DNA of 62,384 nt, taken from positions 1 through 62,384 of IMG/VR virus record IMGVR_UViG_3300022542_000881; one strand, given 5' to 3'. The DNA is from a virus. Made by a program: the position numbers and the translations under genes. A model generated the notes under the pieces. That model saw only the letters and a program-made list of their open reading frames with translations. It was not told where the DNA came from and searched no databases. Positions 51,478-62,263 of the stretch are shown here, in pieces (positions within the stretch are counted from its first letter, which is position 1; every line of letters starts with the position of its first letter).

Positions 51478-51942
51478 TTAAGATGCAGGAAGGGTAACAC
51501 CATAGGAATCGATAGTTATCGTTCCACCTGTTACCAATCTGGTATTTGCCATTGCTATCTCAGCACCCGATGTTGCTACAGCACCATCATACCTAATAGC
51601 CGTAGTACTATCGCCAGTGTTAACATTATTATCATAATGTCGAAACCATCCTGCAATTCCATCAGCAATAGCTAACCCAGACCATGTTTCAGCCACCGCT
51701 TTAGAAACTATACCATCTGTGGCAACATCCAAGTTGATACCATTGGTTGGAGAACCAGGAGTAAACGCCCCACTATCCAATGTTATTGTAGCAAGGAGGG
51801 TTCCTGTTTCTGCCGAATCAGCATCTGTTGGCTGTACTCCGGAATAAATACGAATTATTCCATTCGCCAAGGCATCAGCTAGACTCTTCCCTGTTGATTT
51901 TAAGACCTCATTCCTAAGGCCGGTACTCAGTCTTTCAGCCAT
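51478..51942 (-). CDS. Structural protein, paralog family member 2
   Basis: 154 aa. MAERLSTGLRNEVL...GIIRIYSGVQPTDADSA. Confidence 0.55.
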   Translation of the reverse strand: MAERLSTGLRNEVLKSTGKSLADALANGIIRIYSGVQPTDADSAETGTLLATITLDSGAFTPGSPTNGINLDVATDGIVSKAVAETWSGLAIADGIAGWFRHYDNNVNTGDSTTAIRYDGAVATSGAEIAMANTRLVTGGTITIDSYGVTLPAS

Positions 51943-51955
51943 AATGTTTTACTCC

Positions 51956-52876
51956 TCATTCAACTGTATTTATTATTTTGCTTCCGTTTATTAAACTTGC
52001 GCCTTTCGTTCCCGAAGGATAGATAAGCTTATCTACTGTTAAATTATGAACAGACCCATCTTTTACACCAAGACATAATCCCTTATCACTGGACCATATG
52101 GCACACAATCCAAATTCAGGTATACCTAAATCATTACCATCAACTAATCCAATTGCATCAGACCACTCATGTGCAGGACTAGAAAATATTTCATCTTGAT
52201 GCATTTCTTTAGGATTTGTGCCTTGAAGAAAGTATATAGCTGTTGAATCTGAAACAAAAAGACCTGTTGACACTGATTTTACCATACGGAGATCAGAGCC
52301 AAACCAGAAAAAATTTCTAGATAAATCAAATTTACCATATGCAAATGGTTCTGAATACCATAACATAGGTCCATCAATTATCCACATGCGTCCCGCAAAA
52401 TGTGTTAAATGAGTACCAACGGGGGCACTACTAAATGATCTACTTGTTTCAGCACCAACATGGGATTGTACTGGCCATGGTATCGATATACTATCCTCAA
52501 TTACACCATTTTCAATCCCATTACTATAATATGTAGCTTTACCTACCTGGGCAAAACTCATACGTTTATCTTTCGTTAACCCGCTTCTGAGGCCAGTTAA
52601 AGAATAATCTGTAGCTATTTGTTTTAATGCCGCATCACTGGTACGTTCTTCGATAGTAAAACAATCCCCTCTATCACAAAATACACTATGGAATTCACCA
52701 TTTTTTAATTCACGTAACCCCTTTCTACGGGATATTCTACCAGTATCATCTATATCTATATTAACAGCTATAGATAAATCAGTTACGCCAACCTCAGGAT
52801 CAAAGGCTATACGAACCGGATCTTCTACAGTATTAAGACCAGAGGTTCCTGTAAATAATGTTATTGGAGTTGCCAT
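51956..52876 (-). CDS. Hypothetical head-tail / tail protein
   Basis: 306 aa. Confidence 0.5.
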   Translation of the reverse strand: MATPITLFTGTSGLNTVEDPVRIAFDPEVGVTDLSIAVNIDIDDTGRISRRKGLRELKNGEFHSVFCDRGDCFTIEERTSDAALKQIATDYSLTGLRSGLTKDKRMSFAQVGKATYYSNGIENGVIEDSISIPWPVQSHVGAETSRSFSSAPVGTHLTHFAGRMWIIDGPMLWYSEPFAYGKFDLSRNFFWFGSDLRMVKSVSTGLFVSDSTAIYFLQGTNPKEMHQDEIFSSPAHEWSDAIGLVDGNDLGIPEFGLCAIWSSDKGLCLGVKDGSVHNLTVDKLIYPSGTKGASLINGSKIINTVE

Positions 52877-53550
52877 TACATTAATGCGTTAAAGTCAAAA
52901 CTACCAGAAAATGCGTTATTTTCAAGAGGTATATAGGGTTCATCTTCTTCATCCCCAAAATACCTTTTAGCCTCAGCAAATGCCTCCCTATATTCACCCT
53001 TATGGTATGCGGTATTAACCTTCTCTCCCTCCATACCGTCTTCCAGTTTTGAATAAATATATTGACATGCGTAATTTATAAACAATTTATCAAGTATATC
53101 ATCAGGAACATATGATGGGAAGGTATCAGATACATCATCAGGTAACGAGTAATATGATAACTGTAACGTTTCAACCGATGCAGGTTTTCTCTGATAATAA
53201 AGATTAATACCTTCTTTAGCTACCCCAACAAGATTACCCACTTTATTAACTCTCCCCATTCTCCTATCGATAAGGGATCTACTATTATGTACCCTAACAT
53301 GTTTATTTGTAGTTAAATTAAAGCATGTCTTTAAACCTTTGTGAAAATTATCAGGTAAGGGGGCGACATTCGCCCCCACTACAGTATCGACTGTGCCAAC
53401 TACACAAAGATCAGGGATAATATAGACATTAGCAAAATTCTGTAATGCTCGATTGAAGTATTTCAATACAATCTCATCATTAGTTTGCGATTTGTCTTGG
53501 ATTATATCCTGGACTTCCTCAATCAATTCTTCTATAGTTGACCTAGCCAT
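52876..53550 (-). CDS. Hypothetical head-completion/adaptor-region protein
   Basis: 224 aa from the ATG at 53550, immediately after the upstream stop. The track ORF extends to 53622. Confidence 0.5.
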   Translation of the reverse strand: MARSTIEELIEEVQDIIQDKSQTNDEIVLKYFNRALQNFANVYIIPDLCVVGTVDTVVGANVAPLPDNFHKGLKTCFNLTTNKHVRVHNSRSLIDRRMGRVNKVGNLVGVAKEGINLYYQRKPASVETLQLSYYSLPDDVSDTFPSYVPDDILDKLFINYACQYIYSKLEDGMEGEKVNTAYHKGEYREAFAEAKRYFGDEEDEPYIPLENNAFSGSFDFNALM

Positions 53551-53551
53551 A

Positions 53552-53791
53552 TTATAGACCCACTGCCATCCAAAATCCGGCCTGTGCACCACCAGGATCT
53601 GCAAGGGTAACTGTAACTTCACCCCCGGAAACGGACATATTTAATGCCCCCATCAATTCAAAATATTTAATATCATAAAGACCTGTGACAACTACGCCAC
53701 CAGTATCTCCACTTACCTGACTAAATTCACCATAGACAACACGGTTTGTACCGCTAATGTCCCGATGTTTAGCCTCACTTGCAAAACTCAT
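53552..53791 (-). CDS. Small structural protein
   Basis: 79 aa, beta-rich. Confidence 0.5.
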   Translation of the reverse strand: MSFASEAKHRDISGTNRVVYGEFSQVSGDTGGVVVTGLYDIKYFELMGALNMSVSGGEVTVTLADPGGAQAGFWMAVGL

Positions 53792-53830
53792 ATTGTACCT
53801 CCAAGGCTACAATTAAAGGTGAATTATCCC

Positions 53831-54556
53831 TTAGTCGATTGTAAGGAATACCGGTTTATACTCGCCATCAACACCGACAGTACCCCACATTGTACCAACG
53901 ATAGGCTGATCAATATCAAGGGTCGCATTGATAGCAGCAAGAGCACCATCAGTAGCTCCCATGGTAAGCATACTACCAATTGCTGGAGTACCGGAAATTA
54001 GTGCAAGGGCAGGTCCACCGGTCTGTGACCAGAAGTAATATCCATCGGTAACATCAACAGCAGGAATGCCAGTACAAAGGGCCTCAGGAGTGGCACTTAC
54101 AATGACTCCAGATTGCTCATTATGAACCAGGGCAACTTTGGTAGTACCATCGGAAGCGGCCATACGGTCTGTAAGAGCCAGAGTAATGCTTGTACCGGCG
54201 GCAGTAAGGGCAGTATTAGACTCAATACGATAAGTTCTGCCTTCACCAGTACCAGTTTCTACTTGCAAATAACCGCCTGCAAGAGCATTGGAAGCAATGG
54301 CAGTACCAGCAGTAACGGTAACTTCTACCTGGGTACGGCTCGTATTGAGAGCGGCAACTGCGCCAGTAATATGCTGAGATGCAATGGCGGCGGCGGCGGT
54401 AGATTTACCTGCAACCAATGTCCCACCTGCTTTAGAATAACGGAATTTACGTCCGTCCTCCAAAATACGTAGAGTACCAAGACGTTCTTTCTTGGTAGAT
54501 GAAATTGTTACGATTCCTTGACGAAATCCAGTTGTTTTAACGGGTGCTTCTCTCAT
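53831..54556 (-). CDS. Ala/Thr/Gly-rich structural protein directly after the capsid gene (decoration/accessory capsid candidate)
   Basis: 241 aa. Assigned by position and composition only. Confidence 0.35.
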   Translation of the reverse strand: MREAPVKTTGFRQGIVTISSTKKERLGTLRILEDGRKFRYSKAGGTLVAGKSTAAAAIASQHITGAVAALNTSRTQVEVTVTAGTAIASNALAGGYLQVETGTGEGRTYRIESNTALTAAGTSITLALTDRMAASDGTTKVALVHNEQSGVIVSATPEALCTGIPAVDVTDGYYFWSQTGGPALALISGTPAIGSMLTMGATDGALAAINATLDIDQPIVGTMWGTVGVDGEYKPVFLTID

Positions 54557-54635
54557 GTTTTCGATCCTCCATAGATCTAGTTTTTTAGAAGGGCCAACAC
54601 AGTTAAGTGACTGACCCCGCCAGAATTTGGACAGA

Positions 54636-55607
54636 TTAACTCAGGTTTTTATGCCCAATATGACCTTTACGGTTAGAACAGACCATATTACCATCGAAGT
54701 AAATCTTCATTGTACGATCCTCAGGACTATCCTCGATAACACGCCATGGACCCCTCATGAAGAAACCTTTCTGATGTACTGCAAACCCAACATATTTAGA
54801 GTTTATCAGGAACAGATGACCTGCAGGACAGTAATCATCCGGTGTAAGAATTTTGCCTTCAAATTCAACACCAGTGAAACCGGCTTTTGCAGTATCAGCA
54901 GAATTAACAAATCTCTGCTGAATGGTCAGGGCATCAACAATTTTGTTAAAAAGTTCCTCAGGCATAACACCCATATTGGGTTTACCATTCCTACCATCAC
55001 GGATTTTGGCCTGAGTAGCCATATTACGGACGATGGTAAGAGTGATAGCCTCAGTGGTATCAATCATCTTGCCTTCCCAAGGACGATCACCATCGGCGGC
55101 CTCAAGATCCTGCTCAGCAATATTACCATAAGCAAGAGTGATATCCTCATTACATAGCGCACGAAGACCAGTAAGGCGGGTAGTATCACCAGAAGGAAGA
55201 TCATAAAGACTCTCAGCAAGCACTTTGGTAAGAGAAGACTGAGCAGTTTCAATCTCGTCAAATACCAACTCAATCTGGGCCTCAGGACCAGAGTTCTCCA
55301 GTGTATCCAGGCGAAGAACAGTAGCGTTACCGTAGGAATGAGAAAGGGTGAAATATGCGGCATTGACGTTATCTCTTTTATCACTGGAAAGAGTATCGCC
55401 ACGGCCATAAAATCCTGCCTCAGCACCATCGTATTTCAGTGGGATACGTACCCGGATACCGCCTGATGGACGTTTCCACATACCCCGCTGTTGTTTGATA
55501 AAGAAATTCAGCAAAAAAGATGAATCAAAATAGATATCGGTGGCTCCACCGTTATCAAGAATGAAATAATCATTGGTTACTGATTCTAGTTGACTCCAAG
55601 TTAACAT
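54636..55607 (-). CDS. Major capsid protein (candidate)
   Basis: 323 aa. Position portal - scaffold - this gene. Size and composition are typical of HK97-fold capsid proteins. Confidence 0.6.
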   Translation of the reverse strand: MLTWSQLESVTNDYFILDNGGATDIYFDSSFLLNFFIKQQRGMWKRPSGGIRVRIPLKYDGAEAGFYGRGDTLSSDKRDNVNAAYFTLSHSYGNATVLRLDTLENSGPEAQIELVFDEIETAQSSLTKVLAESLYDLPSGDTTRLTGLRALCNEDITLAYGNIAEQDLEAADGDRPWEGKMIDTTEAITLTIVRNMATQAKIRDGRNGKPNMGVMPEELFNKIVDALTIQQRFVNSADTAKAGFTGVEFEGKILTPDDYCPAGHLFLINSKYVGFAVHQKGFFMRGPWRVIEDSPEDRTMKIYFDGNMVCSNRKGHIGHKNLS

Positions 55608-55625
55608 TATTTATAGCCTCCAGAG

Positions 55626-56462
55626 TTATAATAGCCCGGCACGGGAAGCGGCAACTTTGGCCCTACCCCCGAACTTTTTAGTATCTTTTACTGCGGCATC
55701 ACGCTGACTAGGTGGGATATTAACTCCCGCCCCGATTGTCTGTGATCCCAATTTAGTTGTGAAATCTTTAGAGGCCTCTTCGGCACCCTCCTTCTTTGCA
55801 CCAGCAATACGAGCCGCAATTGTCAACATTTGATGCGCTGACATTGCATTGTGGCCTGGGTTATTATTCATATATCCCTGAATTTCACCATTGTCCCACA
55901 ATTTTTCAAAATCGCTATTATCTTTGGCATATGCCTCGATAGTACCTTCAATTGAAGAATTTCGTTTGTCAAGGTCATTTTTCTGGCCAACTGAAGTCAT
56001 TACTGAAGATTTTACTTCATTAAATATTGACTCAATTAATCCATGTGGATTTTCAGTGACCATAGCAACCAGATCATCATGCTCAAGATCAAGGATAGAT
56101 TTGTTCTCTTCCTCTAACTTTTCATTGTCACTACTGGCGGCAGTTAATTGCTCTTGAAGATCAGATGTTTGCTGTTGCAATACGGCAATCTGGTCTAATA
56201 GAGCGGCGTTTGGATCAACCGGTGGAATTTCTCCTCCTTCCGGTAGGATTTCTCCCCCCTCTGGCGGAATCTCCCCTGGAGGGGTCTCTCCCTCAACAGT
56301 ACCGGTTGGTAATCCATCTCCTCCCTCAGGAGGTATCTCTCCACCATCACCTGGAAGATCAACAGGAGGTAACTCCTCTTCCGGCGGTGTAGCACCCGGT
56401 TTTTCTACTGGCGGTGCAAAAAATGGTGTAAACATATCGTCTAATTTGTAAGTTTTGTACAT
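55626..56462 (-). CDS. Scaffolding protein (candidate)
   Basis: 278 aa. Pro/Glu/Gly-rich repeats (PPEGGEI) followed by a helical region. Immediately upstream of the capsid gene. Confidence 0.5.
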   Translation of the reverse strand: MYKTYKLDDMFTPFFAPPVEKPGATPPEEELPPVDLPGDGGEIPPEGGDGLPTGTVEGETPPGEIPPEGGEILPEGGEIPPVDPNAALLDQIAVLQQQTSDLQEQLTAASSDNEKLEEENKSILDLEHDDLVAMVTENPHGLIESIFNEVKSSVMTSVGQKNDLDKRNSSIEGTIEAYAKDNSDFEKLWDNGEIQGYMNNNPGHNAMSAHQMLTIAARIAGAKKEGAEEASKDFTTKLGSQTIGAGVNIPPSQRDAAVKDTKKFGGRAKVAASRAGLL

Positions 56463-56474
56463 GATGAACTCCTT

Positions 56475-56861
56475 TTATAATATGATTGCTTCACGAGCTT
56501 TGAATTTATCTTTAAGCCCATTCATCCTCTTGCGCCTTTGCGCTTTCTTCTCCTTTCTGGTCCCTCTTTTTATCTTCTCACCCTCTTCCATAGGTCGTAA
56601 ACCTTCCCCCTTCATCCAGGCTTTATAATTTCTACGACTTGGGTGATTCAAAAAATCTTGGCAATGTTGTCCACCTTCTTTATCAACAACTTCAAGAGTA
56701 TCTTTCAACCATTCAACTTCCTCATGAGCTATACCTTTAAAACCTTTATATACCCTTTTTGCATCATTCTCGCATATCGGGCAATGTGCGGTATATTCAT
56801 CCCATTTTACTACTACCTCAAATTCATACCCGCATCTACACATATAATCATGAATAATCAT
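56475..56861 (-). CDS. FmdB-like zinc-ribbon protein with a basic tail
   Basis: 128 aa from MIIHDYMCRCGYEFE...CPICEN (CxxC...CxxC). The track start at 56873 would overlap the HEG. Confidence 0.5.
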   Translation of the reverse strand: MIIHDYMCRCGYEFEVVVKWDEYTAHCPICENDAKRVYKGFKGIAHEEVEWLKDTLEVVDKEGGQHCQDFLNHPSRRNYKAWMKGEGLRPMEEGEKIKRGTRKEKKAQRRKRMNGLKDKFKAREAIIL

Positions 56862-56863
56862 AT

Positions 56864-57379
56864 TTATACCCAAGCCCAGGTTTTATTATTTTTTATTCTA
56901 TTTATAGTAGGATAAGATACATTAAACAAATTAGATAATTTAGATTGACTAATTCCTGCCCATAAAAATTCTTTAATTCTTTTTACCTGAAATATATTTA
57001 ATTTAGAATGTATAGTCTTCCTATCAATCTTAAAAGCTTCATTACATATTTTACTTCCATAACGAAGATTACTAAATTCAGGATTTCCTGGATCATCATC
57101 AATATGAAATATTTCTTGTCCTTCTGGTTTCGGTCCTTTAAAAATTAACATTACTAAAATATGTATTAAATAAGTTTTTCGTATACTGTGCTTAGAAAGA
57201 CTAATCCTAGCATAACCGCCCTTATTATAACTATATTTTAAAATTACCCCTTTTCTAAAATAATTTCCACCTTGATTATCAAATATTTCTCTATCAAGAC
57301 TACGAACTCTTCCTTTATTTGATACTTGGTACTTTTCTTCATACCCTGGTATATTTTTCCAAATTTCATGTAATGACAT
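56864..57379 (-). CDS. HNH-family homing endonuclease (NUMOD4-like N-terminus, HNH core, C-terminal HTH)
   Basis: 171 aa. WKNIPGYEEKYQVSNKGRVRS, then HIDDDPGNPEFSNLRYG (H-N/D-N pattern), then SYPTINRIKNNKTW. Free-standing between conserved head genes. Confidence 0.7.
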   Translation of the reverse strand: MSLHEIWKNIPGYEEKYQVSNKGRVRSLDREIFDNQGGNYFRKGVILKYSYNKGGYARISLSKHSIRKTYLIHILVMLIFKGPKPEGQEIFHIDDDPGNPEFSNLRYGSKICNEAFKIDRKTIHSKLNIFQVKRIKEFLWAGISQSKLSNLFNVSYPTINRIKNNKTWAWV

Positions 57380-57513
57380 TACTTCTTTTTCCTCTTCTTG
57401 CCAGCCTTTTTCATAGCGGCGGCAACGGCTTGATTTTGGGGATATCCTGCCTTCATCATCTCACTAATATTTTTAGAAATAATCTTTTGAGATTTACCTT
57501 TTTTAAGCGGCAC
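57379..57513 (-). CDS. Small basic protein (44 aa, GTG start) overlapping the portal stop
   Basis: [52 protein letters not shown] lies 5 nt upstream. TAATG junction with the HEG. Below the ORF-track cutoff. Confidence 0.4.
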   Translation of the reverse strand: MPLKKGKSQKIISKNISEMMKAGYPQNQAVAAAMKKAGKKRKKK

Positions 57514-59635
57514 TTTCTTCCCTCACATTCTTTTTAATATCAGAGATTGATTTTGCTCTTTCTATTTTTATTTTATCGTCTTCCTGCCTTATTGATTCAT
57601 TTATTTTTTTAACTTCAGCATTCATTTTTCCTGTTCTGGCACTGGATTCCTCAACCTCAGAAGTTAATTTATCAATTTCAAGCTGTTTCTTAGGATCTTC
57701 ATTCATACCCTCGATATTGAATACCTCAGTAAAAAATGGTATCTCATGTCTTTCAACAGCCCTCTCAAGTTTCTTGGTATCGACAGTCGAAATATTTCGT
57801 AAGTAATCAAGGATTTCAGGAGGCGTCCCGGCAACTTCAAGATTATTGATAAATTCATCAATAGGACCTGTCTTCATTCGGGTTACCACATCTCGATAAT
57901 TTGGATAATCAAGTTGTTTCAGTAATTCTTCATTATCAATAGCTTGAGCTTTAAATAGCTCTAACGCTTCCTCACGTACCTGTATTTGGGATCTAGGCAT
58001 TGTAGACCCGGACACTACCATCAGCTTATGCTGAAAATCGAAATCCCTTCCAGTAATAGAAAATACTTTATCTTGGCCATCCTGGTCATAACTAACAATC
58101 CTATCCTCGGTGTACCAATTCTGAGCAAGAGAGATATACATCCGGCCTCTCTCCCTAATTAGTTTACCATATGCCCGGATTTTTCCCCGAATCATAGTAG
58201 CAGCATTTTCTATTAATGCCGCAATAGCTTTGTATGCTATAACCTGACTACCTTCCCCTTGCGCTTGCTCCAAATCAAACGAACCCGCCACCATGAAGAA
58301 AAGATCTCGAAATACATCCAAGGAGTTCAAAAGATCCGGAGGGATTGGTGGCGGGTCCATATATTGAATACCGTGATTAATCGTAGTTTCTGGTCTGATT
58401 ATATTCACGCCATTAGCAAATTGAGAATTTGCCACTCCTGATGTCTTTGGATTTATAATCTTTACACCCGCTACTTTATCCTTTAGTGTAGCATATTGGC
58501 TTATAGATTTATCTATCTCCATCTGGAGATTTGCAAGTTGTTCAAAATCGCTCTCCCCCCAGAATATATCAGAATCATTATTCGATGTAGCTTTGTTAAA
58601 AGGAAACTTATCATATAAGTATGTTTTAACTGCTATATCACGTGGCAAATTAGGATTAATAGATGGATTTGATCTATCTGCTAGGACAACGGTACTATTA
58701 CAAACCGTAATGCATCTGATAAATCCATCATACAACGGACGAGATTTCATAACTGTTTCATACGCATCAGGAGATGTTCTTCCTAATTCGTCTTTCACTG
58801 GCACTCTGATTTCTTCGGAAACGATGGTATAATCTTTAACCCAACACTCAATAACAAGTGCTTCATCAGATTTTTCATCCCCTGTACCAAGGGCACCGAC
58901 AAGATTTACTAATGATCCACCAAAGGTAGTTTGACCTGTACCGATGGTATTTTTCATATCAAGTCCGCTTACTTCTCGTCTACTGTCCCCAAAGTCATCT
59001 TTATAGGTTTCATAATCTGAGGTTATCATTTCCGCTTTTTCAGGAAACATCCTCTTTAACCTACGTACTGATATTGGGTAAAAATGGAAACAGGCTTCTG
59101 CCTGGGGTATTTCTACTACTTTTGGTGGATATATGGCAAAATTAAATGGGTCAACTACATCTGTAACAACTTCGCCAATTCCATATTCTGCATTGATATC
59201 AAATCGAAGTTTTTCAATACACACCCCATAAGTCTCGCCTTTAGTAATTGATTTAGAGAGAATGGATTGTTGTTCCATCTCATTCCACCAATGTTCAGCA
59301 GTCCGGAGTATTTTATTGGTCTTCTCCTCCATTTGATCATCATTAGAGGCGGCCCTAACATTAAATGTCGGGTTATTATCAGTTAGGAGATTGACAATTC
59401 TTCTTCGATGAGTATGTAGGAGATTAGCTGATATTAATGACAAATTAGGGTTATTGGACCGCCAATGACGATTCTTGCCTAGTTCATAAAATCTATGCCA
59501 CTTGGCAGGAAGACCTAAATTTTCCTTATCGGCAATGGCCAGATCAAAGAGTTGATATATCGCTTGCGCAATATCCTGCTCTCCGCATTGAGGTATAAGC
59601 TCTATGCATTCTTCAACTTTTTCTTTTTTAGCCAT
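57503..59635 (-). CDS. Portal protein (candidate)
   Basis: 710 aa. Its size and its position downstream of terL and upstream of scaffold/capsid support the call. Charged helical C-terminus. Confidence 0.6.
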   Translation of the reverse strand: MAKKEKVEECIELIPQCGEQDIAQAIYQLFDLAIADKENLGLPAKWHRFYELGKNRHWRSNNPNLSLISANLLHTHRRRIVNLLTDNNPTFNVRAASNDDQMEEKTNKILRTAEHWWNEMEQQSILSKSITKGETYGVCIEKLRFDINAEYGIGEVVTDVVDPFNFAIYPPKVVEIPQAEACFHFYPISVRRLKRMFPEKAEMITSDYETYKDDFGDSRREVSGLDMKNTIGTGQTTFGGSLVNLVGALGTGDEKSDEALVIECWVKDYTIVSEEIRVPVKDELGRTSPDAYETVMKSRPLYDGFIRCITVCNSTVVLADRSNPSINPNLPRDIAVKTYLYDKFPFNKATSNNDSDIFWGESDFEQLANLQMEIDKSISQYATLKDKVAGVKIINPKTSGVANSQFANGVNIIRPETTINHGIQYMDPPPIPPDLLNSLDVFRDLFFMVAGSFDLEQAQGEGSQVIAYKAIAALIENAATMIRGKIRAYGKLIRERGRMYISLAQNWYTEDRIVSYDQDGQDKVFSITGRDFDFQHKLMVVSGSTMPRSQIQVREEALELFKAQAIDNEELLKQLDYPNYRDVVTRMKTGPIDEFINNLEVAGTPPEILDYLRNISTVDTKKLERAVERHEIPFFTEVFNIEGMNEDPKKQLEIDKLTSEVEESSARTGKMNAEVKKINESIRQEDDKIKIERAKSISDIKKNVREESAA

Positions 59636-59706
59636 TGCCCATTACCTGTTTAAATAACCACCTTGGCAATTTATCTAATTTTGCCAAGATGTAAATTCTT
59701 TTGGCA

Positions 59707-60456
59707 TTATACATTTTCTTCATCGAGTTCCTCTATCAGATCAGATTTTCGATGATTTTTGCCTTTATATTCAAACCAACTCCCATTTTGTTTGATAAGG
59801 CCGCTATTCATATACATGTCGAATAACTGCTGGCCGGTCAGCTTGTCTACAGCGTCCGGGCTGTCGTCCGTGGCATCCGCTTGCCCTCCCTCGGCCTCCG
59901 TGGTCGGCTCCGGTATGTCGGTGCCCTCGGAGTCGGCACGGTCAGGAGCGACACCACTGACAAGATTATTTTTAACATCATCAGGTAACCCATTCAATTT
60001 TTTAATATATTCAGGAGTAAGATGAGGGTTGTCAATTCCTTCAATAGAAGGTTTAGGAGCGTCCTTGTTAAATGCTAACATCTCCTCGGTTAAAGGATTA
60101 TTAATAACTTTTAATGATCCATTTATAGTACCACCAGGAACATCTTCCATTAAAGCCGCAGGATTTATCAATCCATTTAGATCCGGGACAATTTCGATAT
60201 CTTCTATTTTATCGGTAGCAATAGACATACCCTCTTTACTAATGTCAATAAAACCATCAGTAGTAAGTATCTTATGTTCCTCGATAATCGGGCGGTAATG
60301 ACAGTATGGGCATCTCATATCCTGCCACTGTTGCATTACATTAAATGGCATTGGCAAATGTGGGGCAAGGGGATGAAACATCGACCCTTGTATAGGTTGT
60401 ATTACACTACCTACCCCGGCAATTTCGTTTTTGCATATCTCACAGATTAGATTCAT
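59707..60456 (-). CDS. Hypothetical protein with an N-terminal zinc ribbon
   Basis: 249 aa. CEIC...CPYC. Acidic low-complexity middle with a local GC-rich patch. Confidence 0.5.
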   Translation of the reverse strand: MNLICEICKNEIAGVGSVIQPIQGSMFHPLAPHLPMPFNVMQQWQDMRCPYCHYRPIIEEHKILTTDGFIDISKEGMSIATDKIEDIEIVPDLNGLINPAALMEDVPGGTINGSLKVINNPLTEEMLAFNKDAPKPSIEGIDNPHLTPEYIKKLNGLPDDVKNNLVSGVAPDRADSEGTDIPEPTTEAEGGQADATDDSPDAVDKLTGQQLFDMYMNSGLIKQNGSWFEYKGKNHRKSDLIEELDEENV

Positions 60457-60785
60457 GCTGTTTTCTTCCTCCTGTTATCGGGTTCCCCCTCCCATGCCTC
60501 GTTAAATGGATCAGCAAACGCCTCCTTTTTTTGGTAAAATTTATCAAATACCTTAACGCTTGCTATCCTCTTTAATATACTTTCTTGGTCCTCAACTTGT
60601 TCCTGGATACCTGCCTCAGTTTTAATGATTATTTTTTGTATATCCAAGACCTCCATCTTTAATCGAGTTAGCCTTATTTGTAAAGCAAGAGACACTATAA
60701 AAAGTACGACTAAAAGAATAACCAAAAAGAGTAACATCCTTGGACTCATTTGCATTATGTCTACTATCGTTTGTTCAATCATCAA
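60453..60785 (-). CDS. Single-pass membrane protein
   Basis: 110 aa. TM helix MLLFLVILLVVLFIVSLALQI. ATGA overlaps on both sides. Confidence 0.5.
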   Translation of the reverse strand: MMIEQTIVDIMQMSPRMLLFLVILLVVLFIVSLALQIRLTRLKMEVLDIQKIIIKTEAGIQEQVEDQESILKRIASVKVFDKFYQKKEAFADPFNEAWEGEPDNRRKKTA

Positions 60786-62263
60786 TGTACCCCTCCGTAC
60801 AGTCCGCCTATTCTGTCATTCATATCATTTTGATATTGATCATATGTATCATGGGTCGATTTCTCAAGGTCTATTATCCTTTTATCAACTTCACTGTATG
60901 GTGATTTTTTCTCCTCGATTATCATTGGTCTAGCCATGCACAGGTTACATGCTTCATCGTATACATGATCTTCGCCATTGGAGTCAATATCTTCCATCGT
61001 CCGTTGTTCCATTACTAAGTCAGGTATTGTCCGAATGAATTGTTTACATCTTTCGTATACCATCATCATCGGTTTACCATCATCCTGGATTTTTAATCTC
61101 TCCCTAAATTGCCTAATTTTTAGGACCCGGAGAGAATCACCTGGATTTAGATAGATTCCATGCTCAGAAAAAACTTCCGAAGTTGATTTACCTTGCCCAC
61201 CCCCTCTATAATCTGGTTTTTTATTAAAAACGTCATTACCGGCAATCCTTAAGAATTCCCTTGGCAATTTATTTACTTCCCATTGTTTCTCTCGTTGCTT
61301 TATACCCTTTGCAACTGCCGAATCGACCATCCTTACCCCTTCATTAGGAGTGCCGTTCCAACCATACCATTCATCAAACCTTATTAACCTACCATCTCCA
61401 TCTATATACCACCAACCGATGCTGAATGGTTTTCCCCAACCCCAATCGTATGTCATATAACATTGTGCGCCTCTCGGTATCGGGGTAGAGTTCTTGAGAA
61501 CGTGGGTCTTTTTATTAAAATCAGTAAATGCTTGTCCAATGAACATGTCCCATGATCCATTGACAAAAGCTTCTCTGAGTGCCTCCGGTAGTGTATTAAG
61601 TATTCGATAATACTCAGCATCAAGATGAGGGTTATCCACAGCTTTAGATGGAATGTAATGAAACTTATCTTCAAATCCTTTCCATTCATCTGCGAATATC
61701 CTATCTATCCATAACGCTTTGTGCCAACCATGCCCAATTGATCCTGGGTTTGTGGCCCCCATAAACTTTAAGATGTTATCCGGCACTCCTGGGAATCGTA
61801 AGCGTGTTCTGAGAAAAGTAAATATCTCATATTTATTCTTGGTCGATTCATCTACGAAAATGAATGCGAATTCGGCTGATTGGTATTTGCTAGTGTCATC
61901 TAAGTTCCTAAGAGCAATAACCCCACCACCAAATTCTGGTGCCAGTACGTAACACCTCCCATATGCCTTGTGATCATTATGCAGTTTCCCCAACCATCGA
62001 GGAAACTCTGTGATCATCTTTGTTATCTGTCTGTCCTTTAGACTCGGGTAATTTTCACAAGCTATCATCCCTACCGGTGCTTTTACGTTATACTTACTCG
62101 CCAGTATCATCAACTGTCTGACTGCACCCCATCTTAATAGATAACTCTTACCTCCGCCCAATGCACCCCCATAAAGGAGGTATTTAAAGCGGGGATCATC
62201 CAAGGCTTTTATTGCTACCATTTGCCTTGGGGAAAACCCCGCTAGTTCTTTTTCAAAATTCAT
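60782..62263 (-). CDS. terL: Terminase large subunit
   Basis: 493 aa. Walker A GGALGGGKS and Walker B FIFVDEST. C-terminal nuclease-like region with a conserved Asp (GEDHVYDE). Confidence 0.8.
   Translation of the reverse strand: MNFEKELAGFSPRQMVAIKALDDPRFKYLLYGGALGGGKSYLLRWGAVRQLMILASKYNVKAPVGMIACENYPSLKDRQITKMITEFPRWLGKLHNDHKAYGRCYVLAPEFGGGVIALRNLDDTSKYQSAEFAFIFVDESTKNKYEIFTFLRTRLRFPGVPDNILKFMGATNPGSIGHGWHKALWIDRIFADEWKGFEDKFHYIPSKAVDNPHLDAEYYRILNTLPEALREAFVNGSWDMFIGQAFTDFNKKTHVLKNSTPIPRGAQCYMTYDWGWGKPFSIGWWYIDGDGRLIRFDEWYGWNGTPNEGVRMVDSAVAKGIKQREKQWEVNKLPREFLRIAGNDVFNKKPDYRGGGQGKSTSEVFSEHGIYLNPGDSLRVLKIRQFRERLKIQDDGKPMMMVYERCKQFIRTIPDLVMEQRTMEDIDSNGEDHVYDEACNLCMARPMIIEEKKSPYSEVDKRIIDLEKSTHDTYDQYQNDMNDRIGGLYGGVH

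Noticed and set aside
54113-55429. ORFs 54113-54472 (+), 54627-55157 (+) and 55064-55429 (-) overlapping the capsid-region genes
   Set aside because: They are shadow or alternative-frame ORFs within well-supported structural genes, with no ribosome-binding sites.
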